Source: Squalus acanthias
Taxonomy: Eukaryota
Assembly: GCA_030390025.1 (NCBI GenBank)
Contig: JASTWF010000110.1
Location: 496,001-560,000 of the forward strand
DNA length: 64,000 bases
Direction: 5' to 3'
Position 1 is the first letter of the stretch, and each line of letters begins with the position of its first letter. Both the position numbers and the translations under genes were made by a program. Positions 9,989 through 22,390 of the stretch are shown here, piece by piece. A model generated the notes under the pieces. It did not search any database. It was not told the DNA's origin and was given only the letters and a program-made list of their open reading frames with translations.

Positions 9989-11941
9989 ATGTGCAGGGAA
10001 ATAAATCTCTTTAAATTCACCAACATTTTCCCTCTCATCGGTTATTTTATCACCCTCTCCGGTAAGTTGTTTTCTTTCACTTCCAGTATAAATGTAATTC
10101 TATTTCTGAGTTCCCTTTGACTCTGGGTGACTTCTGCTGACTGTGTTTAATCGGGGCTGGGTTTCAATCGCTCAATGATCTAAAGTGAATGAAGCTCAGC
10201 TCATTCCCGGAGATCTTCAGTCTCATTCAGTCGGGCTCCTGTGAACAGGTAGATTCCCGCTCACCATCTGCCCTCCAGTGACTGTCCCACACTGTGAGTC
10301 ACCTGAACCTCTAACTGTAGCTGGGACTTATTAATGAATGAACTGATCTCTCACAAGTCTTTAATTATTATTTATTAACGTGTCAGATATTCTCGTGTGT
10401 ATGTTTTATCAAATGTGTAAAATTGGCGGATTCGATCAATTGGATTTCTACCAAGTCATTATTTAATGATTATAACATAGAATTACATACAATTTACAGC
10501 ACAGAATAGGCCATTTGGCCAAACTTGTCTAAGCCGGGGTTTATGCTTCTCGCGAGCCTGCCCACAATTTATTTACTTCACCTCATCCTAACAACATATC
10601 CTTCTATTCCTTTCTCCCTCATGTACTGATCCAGCTTCCCCTTAAATGAATCCAGACTATTCACCTCAACTACTCCTTGTGGTAGCTCGTTCCGCATTCT
10701 CACCACTCTCTGGGTAAAAATGTTTCTGCTGAATTATTTTTTGGATTTATTAGAGACTATTTCATTACTAGCGTCTCAAACACTGTTATTATGATCGGGA
10801 ACACATTGTCTGAAAGGCCGGTTGAAGCAGATTCAACAGTAAGCTTCAAAGGGGAATTGAATATAGACTTGAAAAGGAAAATTTGCTGGGCTATTGGGAA
10901 AGAGCGCGGGAGGGGGACTGATTGGATCGCTCATTCAAAGAGCTAGTACACGCACGATGGGCCGAATGGCCTCCTTCCGTGCTGTATGAATCTCTGATTG
11001 TATAATTTCGTGCTCTCTGACTGGGCATTTTGTTTATTCTATCAAATTTATTCTTTGTTGATGCTGCAGGTATTTTGTGATTTCAAACTCCTGGGATGCT
11101 TTATAACCAGACTCCTGAGTAAAGCCCTTTCTGAGGAATTCTGAGCTGTTTTTTTCCTTTCTGAAGCTGATTTATTGTTTTAATTTGTTGCAGCCTCTGG
11201 AAGTAATGTTACTGTGAGCGTCGGTCAGAGAGAAGTGAATGGGACCGTGAACCAGTCTGTCCTTCTCCCCGTCTCCTACTCCACACCCACTCCCTGCTCC
11301 ACTTTAAAGATAGAATGGTTTTTATTCCCCGGAGACACTCCATTAGTGACACTGACCCGATCAAACTGCTCTCCAGACCCTGACAGACCCGGTTATAACT
11401 GTTCAGATTACCAGGTGTTCGCTCCTTCCCACAGGGGGAGAGTCCACATCTACCCAGAGAATGGATCCTTGTTGCTGCGGGATCTGGAGCCCAGTGACAG
11501 CGGCGTGTATGTGATATCTGTTTACAGTGATGGGGACACAACCAGGGAAGGGAATGTGACGTTAACAGTCTATCCCGGGACAGGTAGGAATTCACAGCCT
11601 GATTATTTAACCCATTTAACCCTCAGTGCCCTTTGCTGATAGAGGAACATTATTTAACTGTTACTGTACTTGTCGCTTCGAAACAAGCTGAATATTGCCA
11701 GCAAATTGATAAAGAATGATTAAAGTCTCCTTTTGAATATAATCGGTTTGTTGTCAATTATCACATTTTTGTTGCAGGCACTGAGAATCGTACCCCGAGC
11801 TGCACAGAGCAAGCGGAGACCACCAGACAACCCCACGACCACCCACCCGCTCTCCTGCTCCGTGTGCTCATCTTTGGCGCTGTCACTGTGCTCGGGGCCT
11901 GCCTGTACTTGTGTGTGAGGCGGAGATACCGAGCGAAATGA
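9989..11941 (+). CDS. Single-IgV receptor, copy 3, intact, 208 aa; exons 9989-10061, 11194-11583, 11778-11941
   Basis: Same exon lengths and splice sites; open frame throughout; TM ALLLRVLIFGAVTVLGACLYLCV; extra Cys in the BC loop (TPCST). Confidence 0.9.
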
Positions 11942-14040
11942 CAGCGGGAGAACTCCACCTACACCCGGAGATCGCGATGTCCAGGGTGGGCAACGGCTGG
12001 AGAATTCAATCAATCGGAGGTCCTGCTGGACCGGCAATAACTTCCTTACAATGTTGCAACAACAACAACAATAACTTATTTTATATAGCGCCTTAAACGC
12101 TTCACAGGATTGTTATAAAAAAATTGACACCAAGACACATAAGGTGATATTAGGACAGGTGACCAAAAGCTTGGTCAAAGAGGTGGGTTTTAAGGAGCGT
12201 CTTAAAGGAGGAGAGAGAGGTGGAGAAGCGGAGAGGTTTAGGGAAGGAATTCTAGAGCTTAGGGCCGAGGCAGCTGAAGGCACAGCCACCAATAGTTGAA
12301 TGATTATAATCAGAGATGCTCAAGAGGGCAGAATTCGAGGAGGGCAGATATCTTGAGGGGTTGTGAGGCTGAAGTCGATTGCAGTGATATTGAGGGGGAG
12401 GCCATGGAGGGATTTGAAAACAAGAATGAGAATTTTAAAATTGAGTTGTTGCTTAATCAGGAGCCAATGTAGGTCAGCGTGCACAGGGGAGATGGACGAA
12501 CGGGACTTGGTGCGAGTTAGGACACAGATGACCTCAACTTTACGTAAGGTAGAACATGGAAGGCCGGCCAGGAGAGCTTTGGAACAGTCAAGTCCAGAGG
12601 GAACCAAAGCAGATGAGCTGAGACAGGGGCTGAGTCGAGTGATGTTCTGGAGATAGAAATCGGTGGTCTCAGTGATGGCACGGATAGATGGTCGGAAGAT
12701 CATCTCGGGGTCAAATAGGACACCAAGGTTTAGCCTCCGACAGTTGCCAGGGAGAGGGATGGAGTTGGTGGCTCGGGAATCAGTTATGCAACTCACTGCT
12801 CATTAACCACACCGACTGTTAGTTGAGATACTGAGCTGCCGATTATACCGGTTACTTGTACCGGCCTACAACTGGACTTCAAGTAAAGATAATCAAATGA
12901 TCTCTGATTTAATGCAGAGTGTGCTGAGCAAATTAAACCCGGGAGGATTGAATTCAGATTGAGTCCCGTCACTGCCAAAGGAACATTGAGACACAAACAG
13001 CGGGCAAAGTGAGGAGGACAGAAATGGCTGGATGTGGATAAATGTGTAAAGAAACAACTCGGATTTACACCTTTCACAACCTCAGGCCCGCACAAAGACT
13101 TTCACAGCCAATAAAGTGCTTTAAAGTGTAGTCACCGGTTACTGTAAGGAAATGTAGCCGCCAATCTGTGCACAGCAAGATTCCAGTAATAGCAATGAGA
13201 TAAATGACTAAATTGCATTTAGTGATGTTAATTGAGGTGCAATGTACAGAATTGAGATTTGATGTACCGAAATATTATAAAAATAGCAATTATTGGACAT
13301 GGGTAAAGGGGCAATTATTTTCATATGGAAAGAATTTGAAATCTTTAAAAAAATGTCTGTTTCAAAGCCAAGTCAGAAGGACATCAGCCCTGATGAAAAG
13401 CCGCGTCTGTCCAATGTAATCCCCGCCCTCAGCATCTCTCCTGTCTTTTTTGTCTCTCCCAATAACCACGCTTGGTGCATGAAGTCTTAAAATAAATTAT
13501 TGAAACTAAAAAAGGGTCTGTTCGATTTTATTATATTAACGAGATGAGGCCGCTTATTGAAAGCGGTGAAATGTTTAATGGGACAGTAGCCGCCCCGGGC
13601 CCTGCTCAGGAAGCAATGGGTCAGTGTGCCTGGGGCGGAAGGATCTCTCCGGGGCTCATGGAGCTGGGGCTGGAGATAGAGATAGATGGACATGGCGAGA
13701 GAAGGAGATGGAGATGGACCCGGGCCCAGGCCTCTGTCGGTCTGCACACTCCGCCAGTTATTTTACTGATACCTCAAACACACCCACTCGAGCTGCTTTT
13801 GAAGGAACTATGTTGAGTAAAGGCAAAATTCATTATTTTAATTGTATGATTTTTACATTTCTATGTTATTGATCTGATATTTTGTTATTTCGAATTGATT
13901 TTGAAATAAGTTCGTCACTTTGTTCTGGTCACTTCCGCTGCAAACCCAAACCCTGCATCACATGAGAAACTCTTCCTCCATTTCATTCAGTCCTGCTCGG
14001 TGTCCCGTTACTGTGATATCGGGGTGACCCGGAGCTCACC

Positions 14041-15988
14041 ATGTGCAGGGAAATAAATCTCTTTAAATTCACCAACATTTTCCCTCTCATCAATTATTTA
14101 ATCACCCTCTCCGGTAAGTTGTTTTCTTTCACTTCCAGTATAAATGTAATTCTATTTCTGAGTTCCCCCTGACTCTGTGTGACTTCTGCTGACTGTGTTT
14201 AATCGGGGCTGGGGTTCAATCGCTCACTGATCTAAAGTGAATGAAGCTCAGCTTATTCCCGGAGATCTTCAGTCTCATTCAATCGGGCTCCTGTGAACAG
14301 GTAGATTCCCGCTCACCATCTGCCCTCCAGTTACTGTCCCACACTGTGAGTTACCTGAACCTCTAACTGTAGCTGGGACTTATTAATGAATGAAACGATC
14401 TCCCACACGTCTTTAATTATTATTTATTAACGTGTCAGATATTCTCGTGTGTATGTTTTATCAAATGTGTAAAATTTGCGGATTGGATCAATTGATTTCT
14501 ACCAAGTCTTTATTTAATGATTATAACATAGAATTACATACAATGTACAGCACAGAATAGGCCATTTGGCCAAACTGGTCTAAGCCGGGTTTTATGCTTC
14601 TCGCGAGCCTGCCCACAATCTATTTACTTCACCTCACCCGAACAACATATCCTTCTATTTCTTTCTCCCTCATGTACTTATCCAGCTTCCCCTTAAATGC
14701 ATCTATACTATTCACCTCAACTACTCCTTGTGGTAGCTCGGTCCACATTCTCACCACTCTCTGGGTAAAAATGCTTCACCTGAATTCTTTTTTTGGATTT
14801 AATAGTGACTGTTTCATTACTAGCGTCTCAAATGCTGTTATTATGGTCTGGAACACATTGTCTGGAAGGGTGGTGGAAGCAGTTTCAACAGTGAGCTTCA
14901 AAGGGGAATAGACTTGGAAAGGAACATTTGCAGGGCTATTGGGAAAGAGCGGGGGAGTGGGACTGATTGGATCGCTCATTCACAGAGCTAGTACACGCAC
15001 GATGGGCCGAATGGCCTTCTTCTGTGCTGTATGAATCTCTGATTGTATAATTTCGTGCTCTCTGACTGGTCCTTTTGTTTATTCTGTCAAATTTATTCTT
15101 TGTTGATGCTGCAGGTATTTTGTAATTTGAAACTCCTGGGATGCTTTATAACCAGAATTCTGAGTAAAGCCCTTTCTGAGGAATTCTAAGCTGTTTTTTT
15201 TCCTTTCTGAAGCTGATTTATTGTTTTTATTTTGTTGCAGCCTCTGGAAGCCGTGTTACTGTGAGCGTCGGTCAGACAGAAGTGAAGGGGACCGTGAACC
15301 AGTCTGTCCTTCTCCCCGTCTCCTACTCCACACACACTCCCTACTCCACTTTAAAGATAGAGTGGACTTTATTCCCCGGAAATACTTCATTAGTGAGACT
15401 GACCCGAGCAAACTGCTCTCCAGACCCTGACAGACCCGGTTATAACTGTTCAGATTACCAGCTTGACGGTCCATCCCACACGGGGCGAGTCCACATCTAC
15501 CCAGAGAATGGATCCTTGTTGCTGCGGGATCTGGAGCCCAGTGACAGCGGCGTGTATGTGATATCTGTTTACAGTGATGGGGACACAACCAGGAAAGGCA
15601 ATGTGACGTTAACAGTCTATCCCGGGGCAGGTAGGAATTCACAGTCTGATTATTTAACCCATTTAACCCTCAGTGCCCTTTGCTGATAGAGGAACATTAT
15701 TTAACTGTTACTGTACTTGTCGCTTCGAAACAAGCTGAATATTGCCAGCAAATTGATAAAGAATGATTAAAGTCTCTTTTTGAATCTAATCGGGTTGTTG
15801 TAAATGATCACATTCTTGTTGCAGACACTGAGAATCCTATCCCGAGCTGCACAGTGCAAGCGGAGACCACCAGACAACCCCCCGACCACCCACCCGCTCT
15901 CCTGCTCCGTGTGGTCATCTTTGGCGCTGTCAGTGTGCTCGGGGCCTGCCTGTACTTGTGTGTGAGGCGGAGATACCGAGCGAAATGA
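14041..15988 (+). CDS. Single-IgV receptor, copy 4, intact, 208 aa; exons 14041-14113, 15241-15630, 15825-15988
   Basis: Kozak-like cACCATG, canonical splice sites, open frame; divergent face residues (EWTLFPGNTSLVRL, DYQLDGPSHTGRV). Confidence 0.9.
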
Positions 15989-17283
15989 CAGCGGGAGAAC
16001 TTCACCTACACCCGGAGATCGCGATGTCCAGGGTGGGCAACGGTTGGAGAATTCAATCAATCGGAGGTCCTGCTGGACCGGCAATAACTTCCTTACAATG
16101 TTTCAACAAAAACAACAATAACTTGTCTTTATATAGCGCCTTTAATGTAGTAACTGTACTGTACTTGTTGCTTCGAAAAAAGCTGAATATTGCCAACAAA
16201 TTGATTAAAAATGATTAAAGTTTCCCTTTGAATGTAATCGGGTTGTTGTAAACGTCAAGGGGGCTTCACAGGAGTGTTATAAAACAAAATTTGACACCGA
16301 GCCACATCTTGATCATATAATAAAATCCAACAGACCATTTTTTTAGTTTCAATAGTTTATTTTAAGATTTCATGCCCCAAGCTTGGTTATTGGGAGAGAC
16401 CAAAAAGACAGAAGAGATGCTGAGGGCGGGGATTACATTGGACAGACGCGGCTTTTCATCAGGGTTGATGTCCTTCTGACTTGGGTTTGCAAACAGCCTT
16501 TTTTTTAAAAAGGTTTCAAATTCTTTCTATATGAAAATAATTGCCCCTTTAACCATGAACAATAATTGCTATTTTTATAATATTTCGGTACATCAAATCT
16601 CAATTCTGCACATTTGCCCCTCAATTAACATCACTAAAAACAATTTAGTCATTTATCGCATTGCTATTTCTGGAATCTTGCTGTGCACAGATTGGCTGCT
16701 GCATTTCCTTACAGTAACCGGTGACTACACTTTAAAGCCCTTTATTGGCTGTGAAAGACTTCGTGTCGTCCTGAGGTTGTGAAAGGTGTAAATCCGAGTT
16801 GTTTCTTTACACATTTATCCACAGCCAGCCATTATTTCTGTCCTCCTCACTTTGCCCGCTGTTTGTGTCTCAATGTTCCTTTGGCAGTGACGGGACTCAA
16901 TCTGAATTCCATCCTCTCGGGTTTAATTTGTTCAGCACACTCTGCATTAAATGAGAGTTCATTTGTTCTTTCTGTATTTGAAGTCCAGTTGTAGGCCGGT
17001 ACAAGTAACCGCTATAATCGGCAGCTCAGTGTCTCAACTAACACTCGGTGTGGTTAATGAGCAGTGAGTTGCACAAACTGGAGCAACTGATGGTCAGGGG
17101 TCGGAGGTACAGGAGCATAAACCAATCGGTTAAGTAATATTTAGATTGTATTCATGTCCAGAGTTGTGTACACATTTCACAATTGTCTACACAATTCAGT
17201 GTAAAGTAGATGCAACGAAGCAACAATCAGCACTTAAATCGAATGCTTTGGTGCTGTATTTAGCTGGTTGAAGCCTATGTTAA

Positions 17284-17603
17284 GAAAGACTTGCGTTTAT
17301 TTAGCGCCTTTCACGACCACCAGACGTCTCAAAGCGCTTTGCAACCAATGAAGTACTTTTGAAGAGTAGTCACTGTTGTAATGAGGGAAACGCGGCAGCC
17401 AATTTGCGCACAGCAAGCTCCCACAAACAGCAATGTGATAATGACCAGATAATCTGGATTTGTTATGTTGGTTGAGGGATAAATATTGACCAGGACACCA
17501 GGGATAACTCACCTGCTCTTCTTCGAAATAGTGCCATGGGATCTTTTACATCCACCTGAGACAGCAGAGGGGGCCTCAGTTTAATGTCTCATCAGAAAGA
17601 CGA
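17284..17603 (-). mobile_element. Deu-domain SINE (SacSINE1/AmnSINE-like)
   Basis: Reverse complement contains gtctttctgatgagacattaaactgaggcccc...caggtggatgtaaaagatcccatggcactatttcgaag (Deu domain). More decayed copies sit in each spacer (e.g. 3580-3750) and at ~56840-56930. Confidence 0.75.
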
Positions 17604-18707
17604 TCTCGCCTATATGTGACTCCAGACCCACAGCAATGTGTTTGACTCTTAACTGCCCTCTGCGATTCAAGGAGGTGGGTCACCATCATCTTCTGAAGGG
17701 CAATTCGGGATGGGCAGTAAATGCTGGCCTTACCAGCGACGCCCACATCCTATGGGTGAATAACAAAAAAAAGGCCCCGAAAAGCCCACTTCACAGAACA
17801 GGCCGGGCAAATCACAGTGAAAGACAAAAGACAAAAGGGTCGGAAGGGCGCAGAAGACAGGGCAGGAATTCACATCGGAGGTATTCCAAGAGGCGCTATC
17901 ACCACAGTTACGCTGGGACTGGAATTCCAGTTTGTAAATCAAGAGGGGTTTTACACAAAAGATTAACCTAGGGGGAGAATTTTCCTGCTAGATTCTCCCG
18001 ATCTACTGTCCTAACTTCGGGGCAAGATCGGCAGAAACCCTGGAGAAACAGCACAAACAATTGCTTACGCCATTTCTCTGGGGTTTGCGTCAAAGTTATG
18101 GGAGTGGATTGGGAGAATCCCAATGGAAATTGCAGTCAGCTGTCCTTTCCCTTTACAGATACGAACTGTTTATTACCAGCATTTCTGTTCCTATAATGGA
18201 TGAGAATAGATGATGCAAAATGGAGGGACACAATACAGTAGATTCATCTGGTCATTGAGGCAAACGCCCGAGATATCTGCTGTCCTCTAATTCCGGTCTC
18301 TTGAGCATCCCAGCTTTTAATCTCTCCACCATTGGCGGCCGTGCCTTCAGCTACCAAGGCCCCAAGCTCAGGAATTCCCTCCCTAAACCTTTCCACCTCA
18401 CCACCTCTCTCTCCATCTTTAAGTCGCTCCTTAAAACCTACCTCTTTGACCAAGCTTTTGGTCATCGACCCTAATATCTCCTTATGTGGCTCGGTGTCAA
18501 ATTTTGTCTTATAACACTGCTGTGAAGCGCCTTGGGACGTTTCACTTCGTTAAAGGCGCTATATAAACACAAGTTATTGTTGTTGTTGTTGAAACATTGT
18601 AAGGAAGTTATTGCCGGTCCAGCAGGAATTCCGATTGATTGAATTCTCCAACCGTTGCACACCCCTGGACATCGTGATCTCCGGGTGCAGGTGGAGTTCT
18701 CCCGCTG

Positions 18708-21184
18708 TCATTTCGCTCGGTATCTCCGCCTCACACACAAGTACAGGCAGGCCCCGAGCACAGTGACAGCGCCAAAGATGACCACACGGAGCAGGAGAGC
18801 GGGTGGGTGGTCGGGGGGTTGTCTGGTGGTCTCCGCTTGCTTTGTGCAGCTCGGGGTAGGATTCTCAGAGTCTGCAACAAGCTTCTGATCATTTACAACA
18901 ACCCGATTAGATTCAAAAGGAGACTTTAATCATTCTTTATCAATTTGCTGGCAATATTCAGCTTGTTTTGAAGCGACAAGTACAGTAACAGTTAAATAAT
19001 GTTCCTCTATCAGCCAAGGACACTGAGGGTTAAATGGGTTAAATAATCAGACTGTGAATTCCTACCTGTCCCGGAATAGACTGTTAACGTCACATTGCCT
19101 TTAGTGGTTGAGTCCCCAGCACTGTAAACAGTTATCACATACACGCCGCTGTCACTGGGCTGCAGATCCCGCAGAAACAAGGATCCATTCTCTGGGTAGA
19201 TGTGGACTCTCCCCCTGTGGGAAGGAGTGAACCCCGAGTAATCTGAACAGTTATAACCGGGTCTGTCAGGGTCTGGAGAGCAGTTTGATCGGGTCAGTGT
19301 CACGAATGGAGTGTCTCCGGGGAATAAAAACCACCTTATATTTAAAGTGGAGACGGGGAGAAGGACAGACTGGTTCATGGTCCCCTTCACTTCTCTCTGA
19401 CCGACGCTCACAGTAACACGGCTTCCAGAGGCTGCAACAAAATAAAAACAATAAATCAGCTTCAGAAAGGAATAAAACAGCTTAGATTTCCTCAGAAAGG
19501 GTTTTACTCAGAAGTCTGGTTATAAAGCATCCCAGGAGTTTGAAATCACAAAATACCTGCAGCATCAACAAAGAATAAATTTGATAGAATAAACATAACG
19601 ACCAGTCAGAGAGCTTGAAATTATACAATCAGAGATTCATACAGCACAGAAGGAGGCCATTCGGCCAATCGTGCGTGTACTAGCTCTTTGAAAGAACTAC
19701 CCCATAAGTGCTAATTCCACGCCACTTCACAATAGCCCTCCAAATTTTCCTTTCCAAGTCTATAGTCAATTCCCCTTTGAAGTTACTGTTGAAACTCCTT
19801 CCACCGCCCTTTCAGACAATGTGTTCCAGACCATAATAACAGCATTTGAGACATTAGTAATGAAATAGTCACTAATAAATCCAAAAAATAATTCAGGAGA
19901 AACATTTTTACCCAGAGAGTGGTGAGAATGTGGAACGAGCTACCACAAGGAGTAGTTGAGGTGATTAGTCTGGATGCATTTAAGGGGAAGCTGGATCAGT
20001 ACATGAGGGAGAAAGGAATAGAAGGATATGTTGTTAGGGTGAGGTGAAGTAAATAGATTGTGGGCAGGCTCGCGAGGAACATAAAACCCGGCTTAGACCA
20101 GTTTGGCCAAATGGCCTATTCTGTGCTGTAAATTGTATGTCATTCTATGTTATAATCATTAAATAATGACTTGGTAGAAATCAATTGATCCAATCCGCCA
20201 ATTTTACACAATTGATAAAACATACACACGAGAATATCTGACACATTAATAAATAAATAATAATTAATGACTTGTGGGAGATCGGTTCTTTCATTAATAA
20301 GTCCCAGTCTAGAGTTAGAGGTTCAGGTAACTCACAGTGTGGGACAGTAACTGGAGGGCAGATGGTGAGCGGGAATTTACCTGTTCACAGGAGCCTGAAT
20401 GAATGAGACTGAAGATCTCAGGGAATGAGTTGAGCTTCATTCACTTTAGATCATGATGCGGAGAATACTTCAGCAGTCAAGGACATTCAGCCTCGGATCT
20501 GCGGGTTAGCGTTCTCCAAGGCGGCCTTCGAGACACACAACAATGCAAAATCATCGAGCAGAAACTGATAACCAAGTTCCGCACCCATGAGGATGGCCTC
20601 AATAGGGATATCGGGTTCATGTGATGATATAGAACGTGACTCGACATCGTTGTCTGTCTTTCCAGTTTTTTTTAAAAAACACAAAAAAAACAAACCAAAA
20701 AAACACAAAAAATAAAAGTTAAAAGCTCAACTGTAGACAGCAGGATTTGACACGTTGGACCCCCAGTGTCCCATCTCATTATCTTGGCTGTGCTCTGGTG
20801 TGTCTTTGATGTAAGGCCTCCCTGAAAGATTGTATCTCTGCAGACAAATTGATTTTTGTGTTTATATACAGTGTAATATTGTAGATTCCTTCATTGTACC
20901 TGTACCTGACGAAGGGGCAACAGCTCCGAAAGCTTGTAATTTAAAAAAAATCTGTTGGACTATAACCTGGTATTGTGCGACTTCTCACTTTAGATCAGTG
21001 AGCGATTGAACCCCAGCCCCGATTAAACACAGTCAGCAGAAGTCACACAGAGTCAGGGGGAACTCAGAAATAGAATTACATTTATACTGGAAGTGAAAGA
21101 AAACAACTTACCGGAGAGGAAAATAAAATAACTGATGAGAGGGAAATTGTTGGTGAATTTAAAGAGATTTATTTCCCTGCACAT
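18708..21184 (-). CDS. Single-IgV receptor, copy 5, intact, 200 aa with an 8-aa BC-loop deletion; exons 21184-21112, 19431-19066, 18871-18708
   Basis: Canonical splice sites; V exon 366 nt (in-frame loss of YSTPTPYS); TM Arg retained; Penelope fragment in intron 1. Confidence 0.85.
20454..20984 (+). mobile_element. 5'-truncated Penelope-like element (GIY-YIG endonuclease C-terminus, 3' UTR, hammerhead-bearing terminus) in intron 1 of copy 5
   Basis: Encodes EYFSSQGHSASDLRVSVLQGGLRDTQQCKIIEQKLITKFRTHEDGLNRDIGFM*. Flanked by the direct repeat tcactttagatca (20441-20453, 20985-20997). Confidence 0.82.
20900..20940 (+). ncRNA. Minimal type I hammerhead ribozyme motif of a Penelope-like element
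   Basis: UAC-CUGACGA-A-GGGGC aaca GCUCC-GAAAGCU-U-GUA: core boxes, helix II, palindromic helix III and UAC/GUA helix I. Confidence 0.65.
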
Positions 21185-22390
21185 AGTGAGCTCCAGGCCG
21201 CCCCGATACCATGGTAACGGGACACCGAGCAGGACTGAATGAAATGGAGGAAGAGTTTCTCATGTGATGCAGGGTTTGGGTTTGCAGCTGAAGTGACCAG
21301 AACAAAGTGGCGAAATCATTTCATCATAAAATCGAAATTTTAAACAAATCAGATCATTAACATAGAAATGTAAAAATCATACATTTAAAATGCTGATTTT
21401 TGCCTTTACTCAATATAGCTTCTTCAAAAACATTTCGAGTGGGTGTGTTTGAGGTATCAGTAAAATAACTGGCAGAGTGTGCAGACCAACAGAGGCCTGG
21501 GCCCGGGTCCATCTCCATCTCCATCTCTCGCCATCTCCATCTATCTCTATCTCCAGCCCCAGCTCCATGTGCCCCGGAGAGATTCCACCGCCCCAGGCAC
21601 ACTGACCCATTGCTTCCTGAGCAGGGCCCGGGGCCGCTGCTGTCCCATTAACCATTTCACCGCTTTCAATAAGCGGCCTCATCTCGTTCAGATAATAAAA
21701 TCAATAGACATTTTTTCATTTCAATAGTTTATTTTAAGATCTCATGCCCCAAGCTTGGTTATTGGGAGAGACCAAAAAGACAGAAGAGATGCTGAGGGCG
21801 GGGATTACATTGGACAGACGTGGCTTTTCATCAGGGTTGATGTCCTTCTGACTTGGGTTTGCAAACAGATTTTTTTTTTTTTTAAAAAGGTTTCAAATTC
21901 TTTCTATATGAAAATAATTGCCCCTTTAACCATGACCAATAATTGATATTTTTATACTATTTTCATAAATCAAATCTCTATTTTGTACATTTACCCCTCA
22001 ATTAACATCACTAAAAACAATTTAGTCATTTATCTCATTGCTATTCCTGGAATCTTGCTGTGCACAGATTGGCGGCTGCATTTCCTTACAGTAACCGGTG
22101 ACTACACTTTATAATACATTATTGGCGGTGAAAGTCTTCGTGCCGTCCTGAGGTTGTGTAAGGTGTAAATCCGAGTTGTTTCTTTACACATTTATCCACA
22201 GCCAGCCATTCTTTCTGTCCTCCTCACTTTGCCCGCTGTTTGTGTCTCAATGTTCCTTTGGCAGTGACGGGACTCAATCTGAATTCAATCCTCTTGGGTT
22301 TAATTTGTTCAGCGCAATCTGCATTAAATGAGTGTTCAATTGTTCCTTCTGTATTTAAAGTCCAGTTGTAGGCCGGTACAAGTAACCGCT

